Of a stretch of DNA of 64,000 bases, positions 47,558-58,152 are shown piece by piece (the first letter of the stretch is position 1; each line of letters begins with the position of its first letter). A program made the position numbers and the translations under genes. Where the stretch lies: positions 12,263 to 76,262 of the forward strand of contig JAHHSL010000003.1 of NCBI GenBank assembly GCA_020025235.1, given 5' to 3'. The DNA comes from Ruthenibacterium sp. GTDB taxonomy: Bacteria; Bacillota; Clostridia; Oscillospirales; Ruminococcaceae. Below the pieces are notes generated by a model. It made no database searches. It saw nothing but the letters and a program-made list of their open reading frames with translations, and was not told where the DNA came from.

Positions 47558-50155
47558 ATGGCATCAAGGAACGGAACAAGGCCGGCGCGTCCGGCACAGA
47601 AGAAAAAAACAGCGTCGTCCGCAAAGAAAACAGCGCCGGCACATGCAAGGAAAAAAACGCGGGCAAAGCCCGATATCAATGAAAAATGGAGCATCCTGAT
47701 CTTCGGCATCGGGATCCTTCTGTGCGCGCTGATCGCGGTGCCGGGGGCTTCGGTGTGGAGCTGGGTGCGCGTCAACATCCTGTTCGGCGTGTTCGGCATC
47801 GGCAGCTATGTGCTTGTGCCGATCCTTTTGTATGTTGCCGTTCTGGTGGCGGTGGGGCGTCCGGTAAAGGGCAAGATATTGAAGGGGATATTCCTTCTGA
47901 TGATCGTCTGCGGCACCTTTCTGGTGTTTTCCAAAACCGATCTTACCGATATGACGTTTCTGGAAGGCATGGCGGAGCTGCGCGATACCGGCGCAACGCA
48001 CTGGGGCATCGGCGGCGGCATGCTGGGCGCGGTGTTCGGCTGGACGCTGCTGCTTTTGTGCGGCAGACCGGCTGCCAATATCATCATCATCATCTTTATG
48101 ATCGTCAGCGTCATGCTGTTCACCGGTGTCACCCCGGCAGATATCTGGTATTTCTGCTCGGGTCATGTCGGACGCATGCGCGATTCGGCTTCGCAGCGCG
48201 CGGATGAACGCGCCCAAAAACGCGAGGAAATGCGCCTTTTGCAGCAACAGCAGCAGTTCGAGCAGGACGCACAGAGCGACATCCCGCCGTTCGATCTGGA
48301 TGCACAGGCGTATGAAGCGGCCCACGCCCGCAGGAGAAATTCGATCGATATCGATATCGGACACGATCCGATCAACCCGACCCAGCTGACGGAAACGGAA
48401 CGTCCGGTCATCGGCCCGGGCGGAACCTTCGGCATGTTCCCGGGCAGGGAGGCAGAGCACGCGCCGGAACCGGTACAGGTGCCCGCACAGAGCGAAGCTG
48501 CACCGGAGGAGGCTCAGCCGGACGAAGTGCAGCTGCCCGGCCGGCAGGAGTATATCCAGAGCATTGCGGACGATGCGCTGGCAAACCTGATCCGCAAGGC
48601 AGCGGGCCCTGCACCGGAAACGCAGCCGGAAGAGCCCGAATCGGCGGAGACCGATACGGCCTGCGAGCCGGAACGCCACAGCGAAGGGTATTCGTATCCG
48701 CCGCTCAGCCTTTTCCAAAAGCAGCCTGCGGCGGACGAGCAGGGCATCGAAGAGGAAATGCGCCACAATGCGGATCTTCTTGTCAAAACGCTGTCCAGCT
48801 TCGGCGTCAATACGCACCTTATGGATATCAGCCGCGGCCCGTCCGTCACGCGCTATGAGCTGCAGCCCTCGGCGGGCGTCAAGATCAGCCGCATCACGAA
48901 CCTTTCGGACGACATTGCGCTGAACCTTGCGACAACGGGCGTGCGAATCGAAGCGCCGATCCCGGGCAAGGCGGCGGTGGGCATCGAAGTGCCGAACCGC
49001 CATTCCACCGCCGTCAGCATCCGCAGTATTCTGGAATCGCCGGCATTCACGAAGAACCGTTCGGCGCTGACGCTTGCGCTGGGCAAGGATATTGCGGGCG
49101 CATGTCAGGTTGCAGATCTGACCAAGATGCCGCATCTGCTGATCGCGGGCAGCACGGGCAGCGGTAAATCCGTGTGCATCAATACCATTATCATGAGCTT
49201 TTTGTACAAGTTCTCGCCCGAAGAGCTGAAATTCATCATGATCGACCCGAAGGTGGTTGAACTTGCGGAATACAACGGCATCCCGCATCTGCTGATGCCG
49301 GTCGTCACCGAACCGCGCAAGGCGGCGGGCGCGCTGGGCGCTGCCGTTGCGGAAATGGAGCGCCGCTATCACCTGTTTGCCGAGACGAACGTGCGTGAGA
49401 TCAAAAGCTATAACCGCATGGCAGAAGAGACGGAAGGCGTCGAAAAGCTGCCGTACATCGCCATTATCATCGACGAGCTGGCCGACCTGATGATGGTTGC
49501 AGGCAAGGATGTGGAAGACTACATCTGCCGCATTGCACAGAAGGCGCGTGCCGCCGGCATGCATCTGATCGTGGCAACGCAGCGCCCGTCGGTCGACGTC
49601 ATCACAGGTCTGATCAAGGCAAACATCCCCAGCCGCATCGCGTTTGCCGTCAGCAGCCAGATCGACAGCCGCACCATTCTGGATGCAGGCGGCGCCGAAA
49701 AGCTGCTGGGCATGGGCGATATGCTGTTCCTGCCGGTGGCGGCCAATAAGCCGCTGCGTATTCAGGGCGCATATGTGCGGGACGAGGAGATCACCGCTGT
49801 GCTCGATTACATCAAAAAACATTCCTCTGCCGATTACGACGAGGAAATGATCCGCCAGATGGATAAATGCGCCGCCGCGGAAAAGAACGAGGACACCGAC
49901 AGCGGCGATGACCACGACCCGATGCTGAAAACGGCAGTCGAGGTCGTGATCGACGCAGGACAGGCTTCCACCAGCCTTTTGCAGCGCCGGTGCAAGCTGG
50001 GCTATGCACGCGCGGCACGCATCATCGACGAAATGGAACAGATGCATCTGATCGGCCCGTACGAGGGTTCCAAGCCGCGTCAGGTGCTCATCACGCGGCA
50101 GCAGTGGATCGAAATGACCATGCAGCAGGACGAAACCGAAGCATCCGAAGAATGA
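47558..50155 (+). CDS. ftsK: DNA translocase FtsK/SpoIIIE
   Basis: N-terminal 4 [35 protein letters not shown]; gamma domain [21 protein letters not shown]. Confidence 0.96.
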   Translation: MASRNGTRPARPAQKKKTASSAKKTAPAHARKKTRAKPDINEKWSILIFGIGILLCALIAVPGASVWSWVRVNILFGVFGIGSYVLVPILLYVAVLVAVGRPVKGKILKGIFLLMIVCGTFLVFSKTDLTDMTFLEGMAELRDTGATHWGIGGGMLGAVFGWTLLLLCGRPAANIIIIIFMIVSVMLFTGVTPADIWYFCSGHVGRMRDSASQRADERAQKREEMRLLQQQQQFEQDAQSDIPPFDLDAQAYEAAHARRRNSIDIDIGHDPINPTQLTETERPVIGPGGTFGMFPGREAEHAPEPVQVPAQSEAAPEEAQPDEVQLPGRQEYIQSIADDALANLIRKAAGPAPETQPEEPESAETDTACEPERHSEGYSYPPLSLFQKQPAADEQGIEEEMRHNADLLVKTLSSFGVNTHLMDISRGPSVTRYELQPSAGVKISRITNLSDDIALNLATTGVRIEAPIPGKAAVGIEVPNRHSTAVSIRSILESPAFTKNRSALTLALGKDIAGACQVADLTKMPHLLIAGSTGSGKSVCINTIIMSFLYKFSPEELKFIMIDPKVVELAEYNGIPHLLMPVVTEPRKAAGALGAAVAEMERRYHLFAETNVREIKSYNRMAEETEGVEKLPYIAIIIDELADLMMVAGKDVEDYICRIAQKARAAGMHLIVATQRPSVDVITGLIKANIPSRIAFAVSSQIDSRTILDAGGAEKLLGMGDMLFLPVAANKPLRIQGAYVRDEEITAVLDYIKKHSSADYDEEMIRQMDKCAAAEKNEDTDSGDDHDPMLKTAVEVVIDAGQASTSLLQRRCKLGYARAARIIDEMEQMHLIGPYEGSKPRQVLITRQQWIEMTMQQDETEASEE

Positions 50156-50242
50156 GCGGATGCATGATCGTATCATACGGCACGGAAAGGCACGTCCCTT
50201 TCCGGTGCCGGATTTGCGGAAACATTCCGGAAAGGGGTCTTT

Positions 50243-52249
50243 ATGGCAGATAACAAAAGACGCAATGTACAACAGGTGCAGGGAGAGTTTCTTCCGCTGT
50301 GCCGGGAAGATATGCTGGAACGCGGATGGCACTATGTGGATTTCGTCGTTGTAACGGGCGATGCCTACGTCGATCATCCGAGCTTTGGCGCGGCGATCAT
50401 TTCGCGCCTTTTGGAATCCTGCGGCTACCGTGTGGGGATCATCGCGCAGCCGGATTACACCACATGCGAAAGCATGAAGGAATACGGCCGCCCGCGCTAC
50501 GGCTTTTTTGTCGGCGGCGGAAACGTGGACAGCATGGTTGCCCATTATTCCGTCGCGAAGATCCGCCGGGCCGAAGACGAATACACCCCCGGCGGCAAGG
50601 CGGGCAAGCGCCCCGACCGCTGTGCGACGATCTACACACAGCTTGCAAAGCAGGCGTATCCGGAGCTGCCCGTCGTTCTGGGCGGGCTGGAGGCTTCGCT
50701 TCGCCGTTTTGCGCATTATGATTACTGGATGGACACCGTGCTCCCCAGCATTGTGGAAACAAGCGGTGCAGACCTTGTCGTATTCGGCATGGGCGAGCAT
50801 CAGACGCGGGAGATTTCCCGCCGTCTGGCTGCGGGCGAGGACGTGAAAAGCATCACCGATGTGAACGGCAGCTGCTACATGACGGATTTCGAGCATCTGC
50901 CCGAAACCTATGTGGAATGTGCCTCCTTTGCCCGTGTGGCGGAAGATAAGGTGGCCTATGCGAAGGCGTGCCGCATCCAGATGGATAATCAGGATGTCGT
51001 TTCGGGCAGGATCATCGTGCAAAAGCAGGAGCACGGCTATATGGTGCAGAATATTCCCGCAACGCCCCTGACGCGGCGGGAATTGGACGCTGTTTACGCG
51101 ATGCCGTTCACCCGCCGGTATCATCCTTCGTATGAAGCACTGGGCGGTGTGCCGGCGATCAAAGAGGTTGAATTTTCCATCATCCATAACCGCGGCTGCT
51201 TCGGCGGGTGCAATTTCTGTGCCATTCAGCTGCATCAGGGACGCCGCGTGACGTCGCGCAGCGCCGACAGTGTGGTGCATGAAGCGGAAGAGCTGACGCA
51301 TATGCCGAATTTTAAGGGATACATCCATGACATCGGCGGCCCGACGGCGAATTTCCGTGTGCCGAGCTGCGGAAAGCAGATGAAGGACGGCATGTGTTCG
51401 GCGGGCAAGCACTGCCTTGCGCCGCAGCCGTGCAGCAAGCTGATCGTCGATCACAGGGAGTATCTCGGCATCCTGCGGCGGGTGAGAAGCCTGCCGGGCG
51501 TCAAAAAAGTGTTTGTGCGCAGCGGTATCCGCTACGATTACCTGATCCGCGATAAAGACGAAAGCTTCTTCAAAGAACTGGTGGAGCACCATATCAGCGG
51601 GCAGCTGAAGGTTGCGCCCGAGCACTGCGCACCGGAAACGCTGCGCTATATGGGCAAGCCGCCGGTCGAAGTGTACAATAAATTTTCAAAGCGCTTTTAC
51701 GAGCTGACAAAGAAGGCGAGCAAAAAGCAGTATCTTGTACCGTATCTGATGAGCAGCCACCCGGGCAGCACGCTGCGGGACGCCGTTATTTTGGCAGAAT
51801 ACCTGTATAAAAACAAGATCCGCCCCGAACAGGTGCAGGATTTTTACCCGACGCCGGGAACCGTATCGACCTGCATGTTCTATACGGGGCTTGATCCGTA
51901 TACCCTAAAGCCGGTCTATGTGGCAAAAGACCCGGAGGAAAAAGCGATGCAGCGCGCGCTTTTGCAGTATTATGAACCGCGCAACACCGCAAAGGTGCGC
52001 AAGGCGCTGACACTGGTGCACCGCGAGGATCTGATCCCCGCGCTGTGCGGCGGCAGAGCGGCGGGAACGCGCACGCCGGTGCAGCTGCCGGCAAACGGCG
52101 CACGCGCGCAGCGCACCCAAAACGCAAAACCTGCGCGCGGCGGCAAAAACCGTGCACAGGCACAGAAAAAGAACAGCAGAGGAGCAGATGCATGGCGTCA
52201 AACAGCAGAACAAAACGCAAGAGGAAGGAAAAATTCCAAAAGACGCTGA
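50243..52249 (+). CDS. ygiQ: YgiQ/UPF0313 family radical SAM protein
   Basis: GDAYVDHPSFG, RGCFGGCNFC, DIGGPTAN, SGIRYD, LKVAPEH, EQVQDFYPTP. Confidence 0.93.
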   Translation: MADNKRRNVQQVQGEFLPLCREDMLERGWHYVDFVVVTGDAYVDHPSFGAAIISRLLESCGYRVGIIAQPDYTTCESMKEYGRPRYGFFVGGGNVDSMVAHYSVAKIRRAEDEYTPGGKAGKRPDRCATIYTQLAKQAYPELPVVLGGLEASLRRFAHYDYWMDTVLPSIVETSGADLVVFGMGEHQTREISRRLAAGEDVKSITDVNGSCYMTDFEHLPETYVECASFARVAEDKVAYAKACRIQMDNQDVVSGRIIVQKQEHGYMVQNIPATPLTRRELDAVYAMPFTRRYHPSYEALGGVPAIKEVEFSIIHNRGCFGGCNFCAIQLHQGRRVTSRSADSVVHEAEELTHMPNFKGYIHDIGGPTANFRVPSCGKQMKDGMCSAGKHCLAPQPCSKLIVDHREYLGILRRVRSLPGVKKVFVRSGIRYDYLIRDKDESFFKELVEHHISGQLKVAPEHCAPETLRYMGKPPVEVYNKFSKRFYELTKKASKKQYLVPYLMSSHPGSTLRDAVILAEYLYKNKIRPEQVQDFYPTPGTVSTCMFYTGLDPYTLKPVYVAKDPEEKAMQRALLQYYEPRNTAKVRKALTLVHREDLIPALCGGRAAGTRTPVQLPANGARAQRTQNAKPARGGKNRAQAQKKNSRGADAWRQTAEQNARGRKNSKRR

Positions 52250-53175
52250 TCGGTCTTTGCACGGGGCTCATCCTGTTTCTTGTCGCGCTTTCGGCGGCGA
52301 TCACTCTGGGGGAAGAACATGGCTTTCCCATGCCGGACTGGAACGAAATACAGAGCTGGTTTGGGTTTGAACCCATTGTGCCTACCCTGCCGCAGGAGGC
52401 AGAGGGCGCATCGACAAAGATCCATTTCATTGATGTGGGTCAGGGCGATTCGGTGCTGATCGAAAACGATGGCAGCTTCGGGCTGATCGACGCCGGTGTG
52501 CCGGAAGCGGGGCATGCCATTGTGCAGTATCTGCAGCAGACCGGCGTGGAAAAGCTGGATTTTGTGCTGATGACGCATCCGCATGCGGATCACATCGGCG
52601 GCATGAAAGCGGTGCTGGAGGCCTTCCCGGTGGATAAAATGATCCTGCCGGATTTTGAAAAGGCGCCTATGGCAACGTCGAAGGTGTTCCTGGAACTGCT
52701 GGATACGATCGACCGGCTCAGGATACCGGCCGAAACGGCGCAGGAAGGCGCGGAGTATCCGCTGGGCGGCGGAACGATGCGCGTCATCAGCACCGGCGTA
52801 AAAACCGATAACCTCAATGATATTTCGATCGTAACGATGTTTGAAACACCGGATCTTCGCTTTCTGGCAAGCGGGGATGCAGAGCGCGCCGTGGAAAAAA
52901 GCATTTTGGAAAGCGGCGTGCCGATCCGGGCGGATCTGTTCAAGGCGGGACACCACGGCTCGTCCACATCCAATACAAAGGCTTTTGTGCAGGCGGTACA
53001 GCCGCGTGCGGTTGTGATCTCCTGCGGGAAGGATAATTCCTACGGGCACCCGAACGCTGCAGCACTGGAATCCTTTGACAGTGTGCTGGCGCAGGTGTAC
53101 CGAACCGACCAAAGCGGAACGGTGATCGCATATGTGGATGCGGAAAGCAATATGCAGATCGCCGTCAGCAAATAA
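52192..53175 (+). CDS. ComEC/Rec2-like MBL-fold metallo-hydrolase, membrane anchored
   Basis: FIDVGQGDS, THPHADHIGG, GHHGSSTS, NSYGHP, YRTDQSG; RBS AGAGGAG lies inside the ygiQ tail. Confidence 0.9.
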   Translation: MASNSRTKRKRKEKFQKTLIGLCTGLILFLVALSAAITLGEEHGFPMPDWNEIQSWFGFEPIVPTLPQEAEGASTKIHFIDVGQGDSVLIENDGSFGLIDAGVPEAGHAIVQYLQQTGVEKLDFVLMTHPHADHIGGMKAVLEAFPVDKMILPDFEKAPMATSKVFLELLDTIDRLRIPAETAQEGAEYPLGGGTMRVISTGVKTDNLNDISIVTMFETPDLRFLASGDAERAVEKSILESGVPIRADLFKAGHHGSSTSNTKAFVQAVQPRAVVISCGKDNSYGHPNAAALESFDSVLAQVYRTDQSGTVIAYVDAESNMQIAVSK

Positions 53176-53203
53176 AACGCAAAAGCTTTGAGGAGGCGGC
53201 GTG

Positions 53204-53419
53204 ATGTATTATTCGGTGGATGGAATTGAAAACGGAACAGCGCGTCTTGTTGCGGATGACGGGAAAATCGTATTTGCGGCGGTAAGCGAACTGCCGTGCG
53301 GCATTGCGCAGACCGATATCGTCGTGCACAACGGGGAAACATGGACTGCAGCACCGGAGGAGACCCTCCGGCGGAAAAATCAGGCACAGGAACTGATGAA
53401 AAGAATTTTAAGCCGCTGA
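53204..53419 (+). CDS. DUF3006-like small protein
   Basis: YSVDGIENGTARL...ELP...EETLRRK; typical partner of ComEC-like MBL genes; RBS AGGAGG. Confidence 0.75.
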   Translation: MYYSVDGIENGTARLVADDGKIVFAAVSELPCGIAQTDIVVHNGETWTAAPEETLRRKNQAQELMKRILSR

Positions 53420-53459
53420 AACCGATTCAAAACAACGTTCGGGGGCAAGGGAGGATTTT

Positions 53460-55352
53460 ATGAAAATCGTTTTGGTGATCGATCAGTTCGATGATTCCAA
53501 CAATGGAACTACTGTGACGGCACGGCGGTTTGCAAATCAGCTGCGCCTGCGCGGTCACGAAGTTGTGATCCTGGCGGGCGGCGAACCATGCGAAGGAAAG
53601 GTGTGCGCACCGATCCACAGGATCCCGCTGTTTCAGAAGCTGATCGAAAGTCAGGGCATGTGCTTTGCAAAACCGGATGCGGAGGCGTATTACACCGCGT
53701 TCAAGGATGCGGATATCGTCCACTTTTACATGCCGTTCCGCTTTTGCCGGCGCGGCGAAGAACTGGCGCGTCAAATGGGCATCCCGACGGTGGCGGCGTT
53801 CCATGTTCAGCCGGAAAACATCACATCCACCCTGTTCCTCGGCAAGAAAAAACGTGTCAACGAACTGCTGTACCGCTGGTTTTACCATGTGTTTTACAAT
53901 CGGTTCGATCACATCCACTGCCCGAGTGCATTTATTGCAAAGCAGCTGGAAAAGCGCAGCTACGGCGCAAAGCTGTGGGTGATTTCCAACGGCGTGGATG
54001 ACCGCTTTGTTCCCATGCAGGTGGAGCGTGCGCCCGAGCTTGCAGACCGCTTCACCATTCTGATGATCGGCCGTCTTTCCGGCGAAAAACGGCAGGATCT
54101 GATTATTGAAGCGGCGAAAAAAAGCCGCTATGCTGACCGTATCCAGCTGGTGTTTGCAGGAAAAGGCCCCAAAGAGGCCGCCTACCGCCGCAAGGCCAAG
54201 GGGCTGCATCATCCGCCGGTGTTCGGCTTTTATTCGCAGGATGAGCTGTATAAGCTGATCAATATGTGCGATCTGTATGTGCATGCATCGGATGCTGAAA
54301 TCGAAGGCATCAGCTGCATGGAGGCGCTTGCCTGCGGCATGGTGCCCGTGATTTCAGATTCCGGCCTTTCGGCGACCGGGCAGTTTGCGCTGTGCGAAGA
54401 AAGCCTGTTCCGCGCGGGCGATTCCGACGATCTTGCGCGCAAAATCGATTACTGGATCGAGCATCCGCAGGAAAAAAAGGCGTATGCGGAAAAATACGCA
54501 AGGGCGCAGGATGAAAACCGCGTACAAGCGTGTGTTGCGCGTGCGGAGGAAATGTACCGGCAGGCAATCCACGACAAAAAACATAAAGGATACCGCCGTG
54601 TGCCGCTGAGCCGCTGGCGGCGGCTGACAAGCCCGAACTGCGATACGATCCGCCGGCGCTTTTGCAAGGGCGGCGCGGTGATGACGATGCTGTTCTGGGC
54701 GTTTACCACGCTGATTTCCCCGATTTTATGGCTGATCAACAAAGTATGGTTCGGCCTGCGCGTGGAAGGACGGGAAAATATCCGTGATCTGAAAGGCGGG
54801 GCGGTCAGCGTCATGAACCATGTGCACCCTATGGACTGCACCATGGCAAAGGTTGCGCTGTTCCCGAGCCGGCTTTGGTTCATCAGTCTGGCGTCCAACC
54901 TGCATAAGCCGTTTACGGGCTGGCTGGTGCGCTTTTGCGGCGGGGTCCCGCTGCCGGAAAATGTGCATGATATGGCAGAGCTGGAACAGGGCATGGAAGC
55001 GCGTGTGCGCGGCGGTGCGTTCGTTCATTTTTATCCCGAAGGGATGCTGGTGCCGTATCACAGGGGTCTGCGTGAATTTCGGCCGGGTGCGTTCGCTTTG
55101 GTGTCGCGGACGGGATGCCCCGTTGTGCCGATGATGCTTTGTATGCGTCCGGCACAGGGGATCATGCGGTGGCGAAAAAAGCCGTGCTTCACCCTGCGCA
55201 TCGGAAAACCGTTGTATGCGGATGAAGCACTGACGAAAAAACAGGCGGCGCGGGATCTGGAACAGCGCGTGAAAGAAGCGATGCTTTCGCTGGATTTTCA
55301 GGCCGATCTTCCGGCGCAGGAGCTTTGCGCCTTTCCGGAAAACTGCGGCTGA
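53460..55352 (+). CDS. GT4 glycosyltransferase fused to a PlsC-type acyltransferase
   Basis: NNGT, ISNGVD, GRLSGEKRQ, EIEGISCMEALACG; C-terminal NHVHPMD and FYPEG motifs. Confidence 0.88.
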   Translation: MKIVLVIDQFDDSNNGTTVTARRFANQLRLRGHEVVILAGGEPCEGKVCAPIHRIPLFQKLIESQGMCFAKPDAEAYYTAFKDADIVHFYMPFRFCRRGEELARQMGIPTVAAFHVQPENITSTLFLGKKKRVNELLYRWFYHVFYNRFDHIHCPSAFIAKQLEKRSYGAKLWVISNGVDDRFVPMQVERAPELADRFTILMIGRLSGEKRQDLIIEAAKKSRYADRIQLVFAGKGPKEAAYRRKAKGLHHPPVFGFYSQDELYKLINMCDLYVHASDAEIEGISCMEALACGMVPVISDSGLSATGQFALCEESLFRAGDSDDLARKIDYWIEHPQEKKAYAEKYARAQDENRVQACVARAEEMYRQAIHDKKHKGYRRVPLSRWRRLTSPNCDTIRRRFCKGGAVMTMLFWAFTTLISPILWLINKVWFGLRVEGRENIRDLKGGAVSVMNHVHPMDCTMAKVALFPSRLWFISLASNLHKPFTGWLVRFCGGVPLPENVHDMAELEQGMEARVRGGAFVHFYPEGMLVPYHRGLREFRPGAFALVSRTGCPVVPMMLCMRPAQGIMRWRKKPCFTLRIGKPLYADEALTKKQAARDLEQRVKEAMLSLDFQADLPAQELCAFPENCG

Positions 55353-55399
55353 AGCGGCAGAGGATGCATTGTTTAAAGGAATGAATGCAGGAGGAACAT

Positions 55400-58051
55400 A
55401 TGGTGAAACGATTTTTTTGCGGGATGCTGGCACTGGTATTGGCCTTGAACCTTGCGGGCTGTGGAAAACCGGCTGAATCCGTCAGCAGTGAAACGCCGAA
55501 GAACGAACAGGAACAGCAGGTCAGTGCGCCCCGTTCTTACCGCGGCGTCACGGTTTCGTGGACGCAGCCGCAGGTGGAACAGGCGGTAAGGATCGCTTTG
55601 AATAAGCCGGAAGGCGAGATTTTGGGCGAAGAACTGGAAGGTATCAGGGAACTTGATCTTACGGATGCCGGTCTGTGGGAAGCGGACGATCTGCAGTATC
55701 TTACAGGGCTGGAAACACTTCGGCTTTCCGGCAACTGCATTCAGGATCTTGCCCCGCTGCAGGGACTGGTAAGCCTGAAAACGCTGGAGCTTGCCGGAAA
55801 TGATGTGGATGACCTTGCTCCGCTTGCCGGGATGAAGGAACTGGTGCATCTGGATCTTGCACACAATCCGGTCTCCGACCTTGCCCCGCTGCAGGGGCTG
55901 GGCAAGCTGGAATGGCTGGATTGCTCCAATCATGGCTCCGGCTGGATGGGCGACCCGCGCATTGATTATTCTCTGTCCGGAATGAATCAATTGGCACAGG
56001 GGCTTATTACCGATGCGGCGCCGCTTTCCGGCCTGACAGGATTAAAGGTGCTGCGTCTGGGCGGCAACCCGATCCACAGTTTTGCGCCTTTGGCACAGCT
56101 GACGCAGCTGGAAGAACTGGATGTGCACTGTGTGCGCGCACGCGATTGGAACAGCCTTTCCGCACTCACCGCTCTGCGCGTTTTGGATCTTTCGGAAAAC
56201 GACATCGAACACATCGAATTTCTGGAAAAACATCCCGCACTGGAACAGCTGGATCTTTCGGGCAATCTTGTGCAGTCGCTGGAACCGCTTGCGGCGCTGC
56301 CGGCGCTGACCGATCTGCATATTATGGAATGCGGCCTTGCCAATTACGGTACATTCGGCGCAGAACCCGAGGTGAGCCTGTGGAATCAGCTGGCGGAGCT
56401 GTCTGCACTGAAACGGCTTTGGGCAGGCAATTTCGGGGAGAGCGACAATGCATACCGCAACGAACCGGGGGCGCTGCTCTGGACGGAACAGCTGCCCGCT
56501 CTGGAAGAACTGTATCTGCCGTTCAGCTCGCTCAGGGGCATGACAGATACTCTGGCGGAATTTCTGCCTTCACTTCGCGTGCTGGATCTTACGGATTCGG
56601 ATATAAAAAGCCTTGATGCGCTGCGCGGGATGTCTGCACTGAAAGAGCTGCGCTGCGGCGGCTGGTACTGCGACCGGCCGAAAGATGCTGCGGTGCTGGC
56701 GGAACTGCCCGGGCTGGAAAAGCTGACGATCACCTGGGGAGGCTACGGCTTCGGCGGGCCGGATACCACACCGCTCCGGCAGCTGACACAGCTGAAAGAG
56801 CTTGATTTCTTTGTGCCTGGGTGCGATGATTTCTCTTTTTTGCGCAGCATGCCCGGCCTTGAAGTTTTAAAAATCAAGGAAGGCAGTATGGGGGATATGC
56901 AGGATCTTTCCGGCATGGCTTCGCTGAAAAGCCTGACGCTGGAGGATGTCGATATTGCAAGCCTGGACGGGCTGCGGAACTGCACTGCGCTGACAGAGCT
57001 GAACCTGAAAAGCTATAAGTCCGAGACCCCTGCTGAAATCACGCCGCTGGCGGCATGCACGAATCTGGAAAAGCTGTGGGTGATCAACTGCCCGACACAG
57101 GATCTTTCCATGCTGACACAGATGCCCGCACTGCGTGAACTGCATCTGCAGGGCTATGTGGATATGGTGCACGCCTATGCCGGCTACACCGTGGGCGGAA
57201 GCGTGGATACCGTTTCGATCGGACAGATCCCTTCGCTGGAATCGCTGCGCATCGACGGCCCGGAAGTGCCGGATATTGTACCGCTGGCTGCTTTGCCGAA
57301 TCTGCGGCAGCTTGCGCTGCTGTCGGCCTGTGTGCCGGAGGATCTTTCGGCACTGAGCGGCATGACAGGGCTGCAGAAGCTTGAACTTCGCACCGAAGGC
57401 GCAGTGCCGGATCTTTCGGCACTGTCTGCCCTGCGCGAACTGACGCTGGATGCATCTATGGAAAACCTGAAAGAACTGAAGGACGTTACCGGATTATGCA
57501 GCCTTACAGTGCGCCGCTGTGGGATCGGCACGCTGAAAGGCGCAGAAGGAATGACGCATCTGCGCCGGCTGGATGCTTCCGATAATATCCTTGCGGGCGT
57601 ATCGGGCATTGCAAACTGTCCGGAACTGACGGTGCTTGACCTGCGCGGCAATAATATCCGTGATCTGCAGCCGCTTGCCGATAAGGAAAAGCTGCGGGTG
57701 CTGTGTACGAATGTTGAGGACAGCGCCATGCTGGAACCGCTGGCAGGGCTGCCCTGTCTGAATCTTTTGGATTTTGGGTATCAGCCGGTGGATGACATTA
57801 CCCCGCTGGCCGGGTTCAAAATGCTGCGGGTGCTGACGATGTGTCCGTCCGAAGAAGAACCGGGCTTTTCACTGGACCCGCTGGGCAGCTGCACCGAACT
57901 GCAGGCGCTGAATCTGTCGAACGATCTGTACGACGAGAAAGAGAAGACTATGCTGCTGAGCGGACTTTCCGGCTGCAGTGCCTTGCGGTATCTGCCCTAT
58001 TACCGTGAAGCAAACGATGTACTGGAAGGATTTGTGCATCTGCGCAGATAA
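55400..58051 (+). CDS. Internalin-like leucine-rich-repeat lipoprotein
   Basis: Lipobox LAGC; cap VEQAVRIALNKPEGEI; many ~22-aa repeats of the type LxxLxLxxNxIxDLxPLxxL. Confidence 0.9.
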   Translation: MVKRFFCGMLALVLALNLAGCGKPAESVSSETPKNEQEQQVSAPRSYRGVTVSWTQPQVEQAVRIALNKPEGEILGEELEGIRELDLTDAGLWEADDLQYLTGLETLRLSGNCIQDLAPLQGLVSLKTLELAGNDVDDLAPLAGMKELVHLDLAHNPVSDLAPLQGLGKLEWLDCSNHGSGWMGDPRIDYSLSGMNQLAQGLITDAAPLSGLTGLKVLRLGGNPIHSFAPLAQLTQLEELDVHCVRARDWNSLSALTALRVLDLSENDIEHIEFLEKHPALEQLDLSGNLVQSLEPLAALPALTDLHIMECGLANYGTFGAEPEVSLWNQLAELSALKRLWAGNFGESDNAYRNEPGALLWTEQLPALEELYLPFSSLRGMTDTLAEFLPSLRVLDLTDSDIKSLDALRGMSALKELRCGGWYCDRPKDAAVLAELPGLEKLTITWGGYGFGGPDTTPLRQLTQLKELDFFVPGCDDFSFLRSMPGLEVLKIKEGSMGDMQDLSGMASLKSLTLEDVDIASLDGLRNCTALTELNLKSYKSETPAEITPLAACTNLEKLWVINCPTQDLSMLTQMPALRELHLQGYVDMVHAYAGYTVGGSVDTVSIGQIPSLESLRIDGPEVPDIVPLAALPNLRQLALLSACVPEDLSALSGMTGLQKLELRTEGAVPDLSALSALRELTLDASMENLKELKDVTGLCSLTVRRCGIGTLKGAEGMTHLRRLDASDNILAGVSGIANCPELTVLDLRGNNIRDLQPLADKEKLRVLCTNVEDSAMLEPLAGLPCLNLLDFGYQPVDDITPLAGFKMLRVLTMCPSEEEPGFSLDPLGSCTELQALNLSNDLYDEKEKTMLLSGLSGCSALRYLPYYREANDVLEGFVHLRR

Positions 58052-58095
58052 AGCGCAGGCTGTGCGGATCTTCCTAAAAGAAACCGAACAAAACG

Positions 58096-58138
58096 AAAAA
58101 AGGATGCGCTGCCTATGCTTGGCGGCGCATCCTTTTTT
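58096..58138. terminator. Bidirectional terminator between the LRR genes
   Basis: A6-GGATGCGCTGCC-tatgctt-GGCGGCGCATCC-T6. Confidence 0.85.
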
Positions 58139-58152
58139 ATTTGCGGTGTTCC

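Noticed and set aside
52192..53175. comEC competence gene
   Set aside because: Only the MBL domain and one TM helix are present; the multi-TM competence channel domain is missing
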